A stretch of DNA of 64,000 bases from Blastocladiella emersonii ATCC 22665 (lineage: Eukaryota > Fungi > Blastocladiomycota), in the NCBI GenBank assembly GCA_025594325.1, contig JANHCV010000006.1:1612001-1676000 (forward strand), read 5' to 3'. Of the stretch, positions 11,761 to 22,507 are shown one piece after another. How positions within the stretch are numbered: position 1 is the first letter of the stretch; every line of letters starts with the position of its first letter. The notes below the pieces were generated by a model. It did no database searches and had not been told where the DNA came from. It saw only the letters and a list, made by a program, of their open reading frames with translations. The position numbers were made by a program, and so were the translations under genes.

Positions 11761-12899
11761 CGCGTGTGCTGCAATCGCTCGTTTGCGGGCTCCCCTGCCG
11801 GCCTATCCTTACCCTCGGCTCGGACATGCCCAGCGGAGCATGCGCACAACCAAGAAACTCGAAATCAAGATCGTTATCAACGGGAGGTCAAATTCAACGG
11901 CTGGGCCAGCCATGGTACCTCGCAGCAGCTAGAACGTCATCCCAAAAGGCCGCAACGGAACGAGGTCGCTCCATGGTTATTGTGCAATCCGGTGCAACAC
12001 GCTCATCATCTACATTTACCGAGGGCGCCATACGGAAGGCGGAACGTGCGGAACGAAGCGCGCAGCGCCACACTCGCGCGCAGTGGCGCATCACGTTGCG
12101 CATCACGGCGACCGTTAGCGTGACGAGGGACGGCAGAAAATCTGGCCACGAGAGCTGAGCTCGGGCGGAGCCCCGCATTCAACCTCTCGCTCCCCGCTCC
12201 ACACAAATGAATATCGAACAATCTTCAAGCACGACTTTGACGTCCACAACCAGTCATCGCGGCCTGGATTCGTCAGCGCTCCCCGGGTCGCACTCGGTCT
12301 TGGCTGCTCATGCTGAGCATGGAGTACGAGCTGCACCGTCGCTGCAGCAGCGGATCCTGGATAGTGTCAAATTTGCGAACGTGAACGTTGTGCAGAACCA
12401 CACCGCGCTTGAGCAAAATGACGTGCTCAAGGTCGTGGAGGCGACGGCGGCAAAGAAGCCGTCAGACGTGGCTGTACAAGCATCAGCATTAGCATCAGCA
12501 TCAGGCGGTCGCTAAGCAGACGACTCTCCTATACCCTTACGCGTCCGGCCAGCTCTGAAGTTTTTGCTCCTTGCACAGTTTTCGGGTTTCATTTTGCTAC
12601 CCGTCAAGGCGCAAGCCATCTCAAACTTGTTGTCGGTGCGCGTGGAGTACTTTTACCTTGGTTGTATTTCCCTTCACGTTGTTCTCTTCGCCGTTGCACG
12701 TCACGCATTTCAGTTGAAATGAAACACATTGAATGCATTCTCGCCATTTGCTCCTCCAGCGCCTGAGGTATTATGAACCGTGAAACGAGTCGCGGTCTAA
12801 CTGTTATCAACCCACGGAATGCATGGTTGGTTTACTGGACGTGACCGGTGTCGGCGTGGTAAGGGGGGCGGGAACGTGAGCAACCAAGCGTGTTAGTCA

Positions 12900-13523
12900 T
12901 ACCACGTGATGCTTCGCTGATCGCGTTTCACCGCGCGCAGGTGGCCGCCGCTTCGGCCGACCCGTCAAGGCCTTGAAGTCCAAGGATCACCATGTAATCG
13001 ACGCATCCATCCCTTGCGCATCCCATTCGACCCCAGGACCGGCGGCATGTCGCCTGGCGCGCGATGGCGGCCTGACGATAGTTGACGATCGCCTCGCCAG
13101 TCGCACCTACGGTTGAGCTCGACGAAGGAAGTCAGTATGCGTGTGCGCGCTGCAGACGTCGGCTCCGGCGGACCCGCTCGACCACCAGTCAGCGTTGGTT
13201 GAGATCACGTCGGGCGTGCCGGCCGAGGCCGAGGCCGAGGCCGAAGGGGCGGATGGCGAGGTGGTGGGGAGGTGGTGGTGCGGCGAGTGTGTGCCCATAC
13301 TGCTTGTCGAGCTCGCGGTGCGGAGCCGGGTCCCCGCGGACCGCGGCGTCGCGGGCGCCGTGGCGGAGGTCCCGCGCGAGGCTCGTGTCCCGAGCATGGC
13401 GGCGGTCGCGTCGCCGATTGAGACGCCGTGGACAAGTCCCGACTTCTTCACTTCCATCTCGCCGCCCACGTCATCCGCGCCATCTGGTTCCGCCCAGATC
13501 GTTGCCTGAAGAACGCACACCAA
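12900..13523 (-). pseudogene. Partial duplicate of an FNIP-like C-terminal segment plus its downstream flank
   Basis: 13200-13520 is near-identical to about 14880-15160 (VSIGDATAAML.TR...TAPATPRSAGTRLRTASSTSSMGTHSPHHHL). 12900-13150 aligns with 14085-14260. Confidence 0.7.
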
Positions 13524-14392
13524 CTCTTCGGCGGGGGTTTACAACAACAATTACCAAAACGGCCCTCGCGAGACGAGACCTGGCACCCCACCACTTTGAC
13601 ATGAGAAGCGACACGCATCGCGAGGCGGGAACGCTAGCTCCTCAAGCATGCCGCCTGAACAGCGCTCACGCGAGTACCCTGCCGTCGTCTGGACCTAGCG
13701 TTGGATTGTTGGACGCGCGCTGCGTCAAGAGTCCAGGGAGGAAGTGAACGAGGGGAGCCAATCAGGTTGAACTGCTAAACTACGCTCAGAACCGGATTCG
13801 CGCTAAAGAACAAGTGCAGCTTGAGCCTGGAACTTTCATCGTCCTTGCGATTTCTGGCACAGCTCATGAGTGGCAGCAAATCGGTGCCGCATGAGTGTGA
13901 TGTGCCGATCCAGCGACGGCAAGACTGGGGCCGCGCGAGCTCAACCGCCCGGATCCGATAAGGCCGGACTAAGCAGGAGATGCAGCATGACATATAGCGT
14001 CTGTTGCATGTAGTACTGAGCTACACGGTCCTCTCAGTGGCGAAGGAGGCGGAAAGGCGCGCGAGAAAGCGCGTTGGTCACAACACGTGATTTGTATCGC
14101 CGACCATTTTCACCACGCGCGGATGGCCGCCGCTCCCACCGACCCGACCCGCCACGTCTTTCAAGTCAAAGGATCGCCATGAAATCGCGTCGCTCACGCC
14201 AGCAATTTCACACCTACGGCTCAGCTCGACCAAGTAGGCTTTGCGTGTGCGCTGCACCTGCCAGTCCTTGCATCCCGCTCCGACGCACGCCAGACTTGTG
14301 GCGTGCGGTCGGCTGGGAGCGGAGAATAGGTCGCTGCTATGAACAAACCGCTCGTGTTGGGAGTTGGAAGCAAAATGTATTCGTAGACTCAC

Positions 14393-17300
14393 TCAGACAT
14401 CGAACTGCTCAGCGACGGCGCGGACGAGCGGGAGGTCCGCGGGGTCGCACCCGAGGAGGTCCGCGACGTCCGCGTCGCCGAGCCGCGGCGGCGCCTGCTG
14501 CGCGTGCGCTTGTGGCGAGTACAGCAGGCCATTGACTTTGGGCGGCGGGGCGAAAAAGTCGGCCGACGGGAACTCGGGCTCACCCTTTTCCTCCACCTCG
14601 TCCTCGTCGTCCCGCACAAATGCCGCAGGATCGAGCACACGCCACTCGGCCGCAGCGGCGACGATCCCGCCGAGCATGTGCTGGACGTGTGCGGCAACCG
14701 CGTCGCGCGGGAGCTGTGCGGCGACGACGAACAGCCGGTCGAGCGCGGCCACGAGCATAGGCGGGACCGGGCCCGCGACCGTGTGGCGGACGGTCGCGAC
14801 GCCGCGCGCGCGGCCGGGGACCAGGCCGTCGACGACCACGACGCCGTCGGCGGCGGCCGCGGACGTGATGCTGGCGGCTGCCGAGGCGGCCGAGGCGGAG
14901 GGCGCGGACGGCGAGGTGGCGGCGAGGTGGTGGTGCGGCGAGTGCGTGCCCATGCTGCTGGTCGAGCTCGCGGTGCGCAGCCGGGTGCCCGCGGACCGCG
15001 GCGTCGCGGGCGCCGTGCCGGACGACGGGCCGCGCGGCGAGGACCGGGTCGCGAGCATGGCGGCGGTCGCGTCGCCGATCGAGACGCGGCGGACGAGGCC
15101 CGACTCCCTCGCACCCTCGTTCTCCTCCACATCATCACCTTCATCCAGCTCCGCCTCGACCGTCGCCTGCACCACCCGCACCGACCCCTCGGCCGGGTTC
15201 ACCACCACGATCCGCGGCGGCGTGCGCCGCCTCGCGTCTGCGACCGCCGCGCGGCTTTTACTCGAGCACCCAGCGACCGGCGCGCCGAGCAGCGCAGCTT
15301 CCGCGCACTCGACGCGGATCCGGAGCCAGTCGTGCGGCGCGAGCGGCGCAGGGACCGACTGGAGCTGCAGGGCGGGGACGTACCGCGCGGCGTGCGTGGC
15401 GAGGCGCGACTGCAGGGCGACGGCGGCGGGGAGGCGGCGGCGTGGTGGCGTGGCCGCAGTCGTCGCGGCGGGCGAGGGGAGAGGCACGGGGCACGGGTAC
15501 GCGGACTCGGCGGCGGCCGTGGGCGAGGACGCGGCGAGCGAGTTGGGGGTCGGGAGGAGTGGAGGGGAGCTCGGCTGCGACTGCGGTGGCAGCGGCGGGG
15601 GCGCGAGCGCCACATCCTCGTCCCTTGCCCCCTCCTCGTCGGGCGCCGGGTCGAGCACGCGCGGGTCGAGGACGACAGCGAACAGCGCGACCCACGCCGC
15701 CGTCTCGCGCGGGTTCCCGACGACCACGACGCGGGTGTCCGGCTCGAGCTCGCCGCTCGGCAGGACGCCACCGCTCGCATTGATCCCGGCACCCGCAGCG
15801 GCCCACGCGAGCCACCGGTGCGTGAACGGGAGGACGGCCGCGAGCGCTGCAGCGAGGACGGATGACGGCGGCGGGACGAGCCAGCGCGATCCGACGAGCG
15901 GGAGCGGCGCGGCGATGCGGGCGGACGCCGCCGAACTCGAGTCCTCGGTCCGCGCGCGCCTTCTCCCATCCGAGGGCGAGTCGGGCACGGGCTCGAGCGC
16001 AGCCGCCGCGAGGACCGGGCTGACGATGCGGCGCGACCCGGGCCACGTCGCGTTGGGCGTGCTCCTACCCGCCTCCTCCGCAGCGACCGCCGGCGCGAGC
16101 GCAGGCTCGACGTACACGGCCGCGAGGACCGCGTCCGTCGACCACGGGTTTAGCGGGCGCGGGACGCGCGGCGCGAGGTAAAGGGCGAGGACGTGTGCGC
16201 GCATGTCGCGGGCGGCGGCGAGGAGCGCGTCCTGTAGGGCGTACGCGACGAGGACGCCGAGCGGGGTCGTCGATGATGCTGGGCGCGACGAGGAACTCGA
16301 AGTGAGCGGCGCCGCAGTCAGCGAGGGACCGCCGAAGACAGTGGTGGCGGAGCGCGACGTGGTGCTGCTGGTGCTCCCGCGTCGGTTCGCGGGCGGGCGC
16401 GGTGCGCCGGGAAGCGCGACGGGTGTGGATGATGCATGCGCGGGCGGCGGGGTCTCGGTGCCGGGCGAGCTGGACCCGCTGGACCCGTTGTTGAACCCGC
16501 CGAACGAGAACAGCCGGCGCATCCCACCCCCACCGCTTGCACTCGACGACGACGCCTGCTGCTGCTGCTGCTGCTGTTGTGGCGGAACCCCCGCCGCGTC
16601 CCCACCCACCGCCGCATCCTCGGCGGCCCCCGCGGGCGGCACGCCCAGGACATCCCGGACGAGCGCATCGACGAACCGCGCCTGGATCGCGCGTGCGACC
16701 TGGACCTGCATCCTTGCGAGCGCGCGCTCCCAGACGGCGAGGTGGGCGAGTACAAAGTCGCGGAGCACCTTGCAGTCGGTCGGGAACACGACGCCGATGG
16801 CGTACATGGCGCGCGTGAGGCGGCGCGCGGCCATCTTGTGGCGGTCGAGCGTGGGCCCGCTGGGCGCGGACGCGCTGGCGCCGGCGGATGAGGACATGGC
16901 GGCGGCCGTGGTGCTGCTGGCGGACCGCGGGACCGAGGTGCTGAGCGCAGTCGAGGAGCCCGAGTCAGACGCGGGACCGGCGGAGACGGACACGGACGAC
17001 GTCGGGCGGTGCCGCGCGGACGGCGGCGACGGCGCGGCGTCGTCTTTCGGCGGGACGGGCGGCGGCGGCGAGCTGGACCGCGGGGTAGTCCCGAGCGAGC
17101 CGGACGGTGCGGGGGACGAGGTGCGCGAGGGCGACGACTGCGGCGGCGGCAGGACGGCGACCGAGGACCCGGACCGGCGGTGGTGCAGGGCGGACGTGGA
17201 CGACGACGAGGAGGGCGGGGACGGGGTCGCGATACCCGGATGGCCCATCGGGTACGACCACCGCTGCTGCTGCTGTTCGGCGGATGGCGAGGGCGCGGTG

Positions 17301-18202
17301 GACGCGCCGTCGGGCGGCGGGCGCGAGTGCGACCAGGTCATGCTGGACCCGGGGTGCTCGCCCCCGCTGCCTGCCCCAATGGCCGATCCGACGCTGTCGC
17401 CGTTCTCGGAGGGCGCGTTGGTCATGAGGAGGTACTCGACGTCGGCGAGCGAGACGGAGAAGAGGCAGGTGAGGAGGATTGCGTCAGACCCGGCGGCTGC
17501 CGCCGCGGCGGTCGTCGTGACACTGCCCGCCCCAGTCGAAGCCGTGTGCGCGCCGCTCGTCGCGCCGGCCGTCGCCGAGGACGCGGCCGACGGCAGGCGG
17601 ATCTCGTGCAGCTTGGTGGAGCGGCCCTTGTGCGAGAGCGGCATGGCGCCGAACATCATCTGGGCGAGCATCTCGAGGTGCGGCGACTGGCCGCGGCGCT
17701 TGCCGCTGCCGATCGAGTTGCGCGCGCGCAGGCGGGCGGCGGCCGTGTTGGGCGAGCCGCTGCCGGCGTGCGACGCGGAGCCGGGTCCGCTGCCGCCGGG
17801 AGACGCGCCCGCGGCGGTACCCGCCTGGAACGACCGCTTGCGCTCGCGGCTGCGGGTGCCCGGCGAGCTGTTCCCCGCTGCCGCCGAGTTGGCGGACGCG
17901 GTAGTCGAGGCACCGGCAGCCGCGTCGGCGGGCGAGTTCAGTGGCGGCGGCGGGTCGGGCGGGTCGGCGATGACCGAGTCGAAGAGCGGCAGCTTGGCGC
18001 CGGTGGTGGTCTCCTGGCACACGAGGACGCGCAGGGCGCGGGCGTCGAGGGCGCAGCACGGCGTGTTGGTCAGCACCGTTGCGGGCGCAGCCGTCGCGGC
18101 TGTGTCGGCGGTGGTGGTGGAGGCCGACGACGCGGTCGAGGCGGCGAGCGAGGCCGACGATGCGGTGGCGGACGAGTTGGAGAGCGATCCGAAGCGGAAC
18201 AT
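14393..18202 (-). CDS. Folliculin-interacting protein (FNIP/Lst4)-like, with long low-complexity insertions
   Basis: Single long ORF with ATG at 18202. FNIP N-domain-like motifs are LRVLVCQET...LFDS and MLAQMMFGAMPLSHKGRSTKLHEIR. The C-terminal end reads LLGCDPADLPLV. Confidence 0.65.
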   Translation of the reverse strand: MFRFGSLSNSSATASSASLAASTASSASTTTADTAATAAPATVLTNTPCCALDARALRVLVCQETTTGAKLPLFDSVIADPPDPPPPLNSPADAAAGASTTASANSAAAGNSSPGTRSRERKRSFQAGTAAGASPGGSGPGSASHAGSGSPNTAAARLRARNSIGSGKRRGQSPHLEMLAQMMFGAMPLSHKGRSTKLHEIRLPSAASSATAGATSGAHTASTGAGSVTTTAAAAAAGSDAILLTCLFSVSLADVEYLLMTNAPSENGDSVGSAIGAGSGGEHPGSSMTWSHSRPPPDGASTAPSPSAEQQQQRWSYPMGHPGIATPSPPSSSSSTSALHHRRSGSSVAVLPPPQSSPSRTSSPAPSGSLGTTPRSSSPPPPVPPKDDAAPSPPSARHRPTSSVSVSAGPASDSGSSTALSTSVPRSASSTTAAAMSSSAGASASAPSGPTLDRHKMAARRLTRAMYAIGVVFPTDCKVLRDFVLAHLAVWERALARMQVQVARAIQARFVDALVRDVLGVPPAGAAEDAAVGGDAAGVPPQQQQQQQQASSSSASGGGGMRRLFSFGGFNNGSSGSSSPGTETPPPAHASSTPVALPGAPRPPANRRGSTSSTTSRSATTVFGGPSLTAAPLTSSSSSRPASSTTPLGVLVAYALQDALLAAARDMRAHVLALYLAPRVPRPLNPWSTDAVLAAVYVEPALAPAVAAEEAGRSTPNATWPGSRRIVSPVLAAAALEPVPDSPSDGRRRARTEDSSSAASARIAAPLPLVGSRWLVPPPSSVLAAALAAVLPFTHRWLAWAAAGAGINASGGVLPSGELEPDTRVVVVGNPRETAAWVALFAVVLDPRVLDPAPDEEGARDEDVALAPPPLPPQSQPSSPPLLPTPNSLAASSPTAAAESAYPCPVPLPSPAATTAATPPRRRLPAAVALQSRLATHAARYVPALQLQSVPAPLAPHDWLRIRVECAEAALLGAPVAGCSSKSRAAVADARRRTPPRIVVVNPAEGSVRVVQATVEAELDEGDDVEENEGARESGLVRRVSIGDATAAMLATRSSPRGPSSGTAPATPRSAGTRLRTASSTSSMGTHSPHHHLAATSPSAPSASAASAAASITSAAAADGVVVVDGLVPGRARGVATVRHTVAGPVPPMLVAALDRLFVVAAQLPRDAVAAHVQHMLGGIVAAAAEWRVLDPAAFVRDDEDEVEEKGEPEFPSADFFAPPPKVNGLLYSPQAHAQQAPPRLGDADVADLLGCDPADLPLVRAVAEQFDV

Positions 18203-18870
18203 GGTGCTGGGTCGCTGGTGCAAGAAGTGAAAGGCAGAGACAGGAGGAGGGTAGTAGTCGGGCAGGGCGCCGTAGCCATGGTGCGCGCGCGAGCAGAGTC
18301 GGGCGCGGGCTCACGTTCACGTTCACGGGGGCCGAGATGGGCACAGCGGGGGCGCGTCCGTAGTGCGAGACAAGAACCAAGAGAGGCTACGACGAAGGGC
18401 ACCACGGGTGAGCGGCGCGGGCGGTTTCCACGCGAATCATCGATTCTGCGGTGAAGACGTACCACGCAGGAGCACGAGTGGATTGCAGAGTGCGGAATCA
18501 GCGACGCGACGGTGTCGAATCGTCGAATTGGCGCGAGGGAGCGAGGAGCAGGTGCTGCGGGAGAAGGTCGAGTCGAGCGCGAGTCGTCGTCGGTGCCATG
18601 TCTTGGCGGGCCCTTTCGCGATGCGTTGCGCCGAGTGCGCCGCAGTCGTCTCTCTCGTTGCGTTGCGTGTGCGTTACGTCTCCGCAGCGATGGCGGGCGG
18701 CCGCCGTCATCGCGGTGCGGAGGGGGAGGGAGAGGAGGAACGGTTGAAGTTGGGCGCACGTGCGCCCTTGCGCCACACCGCTCTCGCTCTCGCTCGTGGA
18801 CGCGTTCCGCTCCCTTCCCCCTTCTTGCCCTCAAACAACCTGCTATGCATCACCGCCGCAACTTGGCGCA

Positions 18871-19554
18871 ATGATCCGCCTCGTCCTCATCTTCAACACC
18901 GCCGGCAAGCCGCGCCTCGTCAAGTTCTACGACCGCGTCGACGCCTCGCGCCAGGCCGCCCTGCTGCGCCGCACCGCCGACCTGATCCTGGCCCGCCCGC
19001 GCGACGCCTGCAACTTCCTCGACCCGTCCTCGACGCCCTTATCGCCCTCCTCGGACTCCCTCTCTAGTTCCTCGGACCCCGCCCACGACACGTTCGACCC
19101 GCTCGCCCCGTCGCGCGACGACGACCCCGACTCGGCTTCCTCCGCCTCCGCCTCCGACGACTTCCCGCTCGCCGCGCTGCTCGGCACCCGCGGCGTGCCG
19201 CTCAAGGTCGTCTACCGCATCTACGCGACGCTGTGCTTTGCCATGGTCGTGGACGCGTCCGAGTCCGAGCTCGCCATCCTCGACCTGATCCAGGTCTTTG
19301 TCGAGTCGCTCGACACGGCGCTCGGGCCCAACGTGTGCGAGCTCGACCTCGTCTTCAATTTCGATCGCGCCCATATGCTGCTCGCCGAGGTCATTCAAGG
19401 CGGCCTCGTCCTCGAGACCAACGTGCGCAACGTCGTCGCCAACTACCGCGCCATGCTGCAGCACACCAAGGGCGGGCCAAAGTCCGGGTCGACCGCCGGC
19501 GCGTTGTTGAGCGCGACGACGGCGCTCGGGGGCCGCGGTGGGGTCCTGGCATAG
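18871..19554 (+). CDS. APS3: AP-3 complex subunit sigma
   Basis: MIRLVLIFNTAGKPRLVKFY...CNFL...YRIYATLCF...SESELAILDLIQVFVESLD...VCELDLVF...GGLVLETN is the AP3S signature. Confidence 0.92.
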   Translation: MIRLVLIFNTAGKPRLVKFYDRVDASRQAALLRRTADLILARPRDACNFLDPSSTPLSPSSDSLSSSSDPAHDTFDPLAPSRDDDPDSASSASASDDFPLAALLGTRGVPLKVVYRIYATLCFAMVVDASESELAILDLIQVFVESLDTALGPNVCELDLVFNFDRAHMLLAEVIQGGLVLETNVRNVVANYRAMLQHTKGGPKSGSTAGALLSATTALGGRGGVLA

Positions 19555-19801
19555 CAGCCCTCTTCCCTCTATATACTACCCTAGAATCCGTCTTGACCGC
19601 TGATGTTTGGTCCTCTTGAGTGACGCGTCGATGGTATCACCCGCGAGCGCGCCTTGTTGGCCATCAGCCACGGCTAAGCCACCCGGCGCCTCTGCCCGCT
19701 GCCGGTGCCCTCGCCATCTTCGTCGCTCCTCCCTTGCTTCCTCGCTCTCCCCCTTCGAACCACACGCTTCGCATGTTCCCTCCACCACCGGCAGCAGCAC
19801 C

Positions 19802-20971
19802 ATGGCGCGCCTCACCTGCCGGCTGTGCCCGGGCAGCAACCTCGCCTCGCCCAAACTGCAGAGCGCCAGCTTCATCCTCGCCTACCTGCTCTTCTGGGTC
19901 TCGCTCGTCATCGGCACCTTCCTGCTATACCGCGCCGACCTGCGGGCCTCGCTGCGGTCAAAGGAGGAGCAAGCGCGCTTCGTCTCCGCCCCGCTCGCGA
20001 CCAACCCGCGTCCCTCGCCCGCGCTCATCGTCGACCTCGTCGTGAAATCCGTCGACCCGCTCGCGGCTACCGCGCTGCTCGGGTTCACGCTCGAGCCGAG
20101 CGACGATTTGGTGCGGCCCGTCAACAAGGCGCGCCGCGTGACGGGGTTCATGGGCCGCCCGGGCGCCATCGAGACCATCGACCCGTCCACGGGGTCCGAC
20201 GCGGTGCTCGCGCGGCCGACGCTGTCGCGCGGGTTCACGGTCGTCATCAAGGGCGTCAAGAAGACGTACGCGGCGGGCAGCCGGCTGCCCAACGAGGAGA
20301 CCCTGACTGTACCCTTCACGCGGTCGTCGATCCGCGGGTACCCGTTCGACACGCACACGGGGTACGTGGACGTGAGCTCGCAGGTCCTCGCGGGCACGGC
20401 GGGGAACACGACTACGGCGGCCGCGATGCCCGTGGTCGTGACCATGGACACGCGCGCGTCGGGCATGAAGTTTGTCCGCGGGTCGCCGCTGACGCCGCGC
20501 GGCATGTCGCGCGGCCCGCTGTTTGTGGAGATCGAGTTCCAGGTCAAGCGGAGCAATATTACGGTGGGCTTCTCGCTGTTCGTACTTAGCATCATGTGGG
20601 TCCTGTCGGTCGTGATCGGGTTCCTCGCGCTCCAGGTCCTCGTGCAGCGGCGCCCCGTGGCCGCGGCGATCCTCGGCCCGCCCATTTCGCTGCTCTTCGC
20701 GCTGCCGTCGCTGCGGAATGTCCAGCCCGAGGCGCCGCCCGTCGGGTCGACGGTGGACGTGCTCGGGTTCTTTTGTACGCGCTCATCGTTTCGCTCTCGT
20801 GCCGGGCATCGACTGACACGTTCTGGTGGTGTAGGGAATATGGTCATCGTGGCCATCTCCGCGGCCGCCATCATCTTCACGTTCATCCACCGCTGGCAGC
20901 CACCGTCCGAGATGCCGGTCCCTCCGCCGACCCGGCCGCCGCGACCCGTCACGGCTGCGAACCGCTGGTAG
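19802..20971 (+). CDS. DUF4436-like multi-pass membrane protein
   Basis: One N-terminal TM helix, a large loop containing GYPFD, and C-terminal TMs LLFALPSLRNVQPEAPPVGSTVDVLGFF/WNMVIV. Intron 20775-20834 restores ...FFWNM. Confidence 0.6.
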   Translation: MARLTCRLCPGSNLASPKLQSASFILAYLLFWVSLVIGTFLLYRADLRASLRSKEEQARFVSAPLATNPRPSPALIVDLVVKSVDPLAATALLGFTLEPSDDLVRPVNKARRVTGFMGRPGAIETIDPSTGSDAVLARPTLSRGFTVVIKGVKKTYAAGSRLPNEETLTVPFTRSSIRGYPFDTHTGYVDVSSQVLAGTAGNTTTAAAMPVVVTMDTRASGMKFVRGSPLTPRGMSRGPLFVEIEFQVKRSNITVGFSLFVLSIMWVLSVVIGFLALQVLVQRRPVAAAILGPPISLLFALPSLRNVQPEAPPVGSTVDVLGFFCTRSSFRSRAGHRLTRSGGVGNMVIVAISAAAIIFTFIHRWQPPSEMPVPPPTRPPRPVTAANRW

Positions 20972-21327
20972 TATTCCTCTCTAATATAGCCTGCTCATAC
21001 CCAGCCCGTGTTGTTCTCGGTGGGCGCGACCGTGGCCAAATCCGCGTCTGACGCCGCGGCGCCTCGGACAAGGTCCCACTCACGATTTCACTGCAAACCC
21101 CCTGACAATGGAGAGCCGCCTGGCACACAGAACTGCGATTTGACTCGCTTGCTGCAGCATGTCCGAGTCGACGGGGACGCGTCCAGCGCGGCGACCTGGA
21201 AAACGCGTCTCGCGCCACGCACGTGCTGTCTCGCAGGCTGTCTCCACCGCCGACGCGTCGCGCCACTTGACCTCCCCTCCCTCTCCTCTCTCCCCTCGCA
21301 CCCTCATAGACTAGACGAAACAAAACC

Positions 21328-22454
21328 ATGGACTCGCCGCCACCCGAACCCGCCGCCGCCGCAACCCCACCGCCGGCGCACACCGCCGTCGACGTTCGCG
21401 ACACGCCGCCGCGCCCGATCATTGAGCTCAAGAACATCCACAAGACGTACCTGCTGGGCCTCGAGGGCGTCCCCGCGCTCCGGGGCGTCACCCTATCCAT
21501 CTACCCGGGCGAGTGGGTGTGCATCTACGGGCAGAGCGGCGGGGGCAAGTCGACCATGCTGAACGTGATCGGGACGATTGACAAGCCGACCAAGGGCGAG
21601 CTACGGCTCGACGGGGTACCGATCACGGCCGAGACGTCCGACGAGCTCCTCGCGGACCTCCGCCTGCGCCACCTCGGGTTCGTCTTCCAGAGCTTCAACC
21701 TCATCTCCAGCATGACCGCCAGCGAGAACGTCGAGCTGCCCATGACGCTGCGCGGCGCGGTCGCCGCGGGAGCGAGGAAGCGCGCGGTCCGCGAGTCGCT
21801 CGCGCGGGTCGGCATGGGGCATCGGCTCGCGCATTTCCCGACGCAGCTGAGTGGCGGCGAGCAGCAGCGCGTCACGATCGCGCGCGCCATCGCGAACCAC
21901 CCCAAGGTCCTCCTCCTCGACGAGCCGACGTACGTCTCGCTCGCATCGATGGCCACCGTCGTCAACTGACCCCTCGTGTAGCGGCGACCTCGACACGGCC
22001 AACACCCACCGCGTCATCGACCTCCTGTGCCGCCTCAACTCGGACGAGAGTACGCCCTCCCAACTTCACCCACACCCCCTCCCTCCCTCCTCCCTCCACT
22101 CACCCAGCCCCTCATCATTTAGACATGACCATGGTCATGGTGACGCACGACGTGTACCTCAAGAACTTTGCCCACCGCGTCGTGTACATGCGCGACGGCA
22201 AGGTCGCTCGCGAGGAGGTGATTGCGCCAGCGGCCCGCGCGCGCGCCGTCGCTGAGCTCAAGGCCGAGCTGGCCCGCATCGCGGCGGGCACGGGACCCGC
22301 GCAGCCGACGGCCACGGCCACGACCAGGACGGCCACGGCGACGGTGGTGGCGAGCGAGACGCGCCGGCCGGGGGACTACGAGACGTACTCGTCGGCCGCC
22401 TTGGCGCGTGGGCTCGCTCTGCGCTCGCAGTTCGGCGCGACAAAAGCCAGTTAG
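21328..22454 (+). CDS. Stand-alone ABC ATPase of LolD/MacB/FtsE type (no TM domain), two introns
   Basis: Walker A GQSGGGKST, Q-loop GFVFQSFNLI, signature LSGGEQQRV, Walker B LLLDEPT, D-loop GDLD and H-loop VTHD are all present. Introns 21930-21981 and 22050-22122 keep the frame. Confidence 0.88.
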
Positions 22455-22507
22455 AGACGAACGAACATGTACTAGTAAAACCAAACAAAACCCCTTCCCC
22501 CAAACTC

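Noticed and set aside
19020-19190. Acidic Ser-rich insertion in AP-3 sigma
   Set aside because: Fungal Aps3 proteins commonly have a variable loop at this position, so it is not distinctive.
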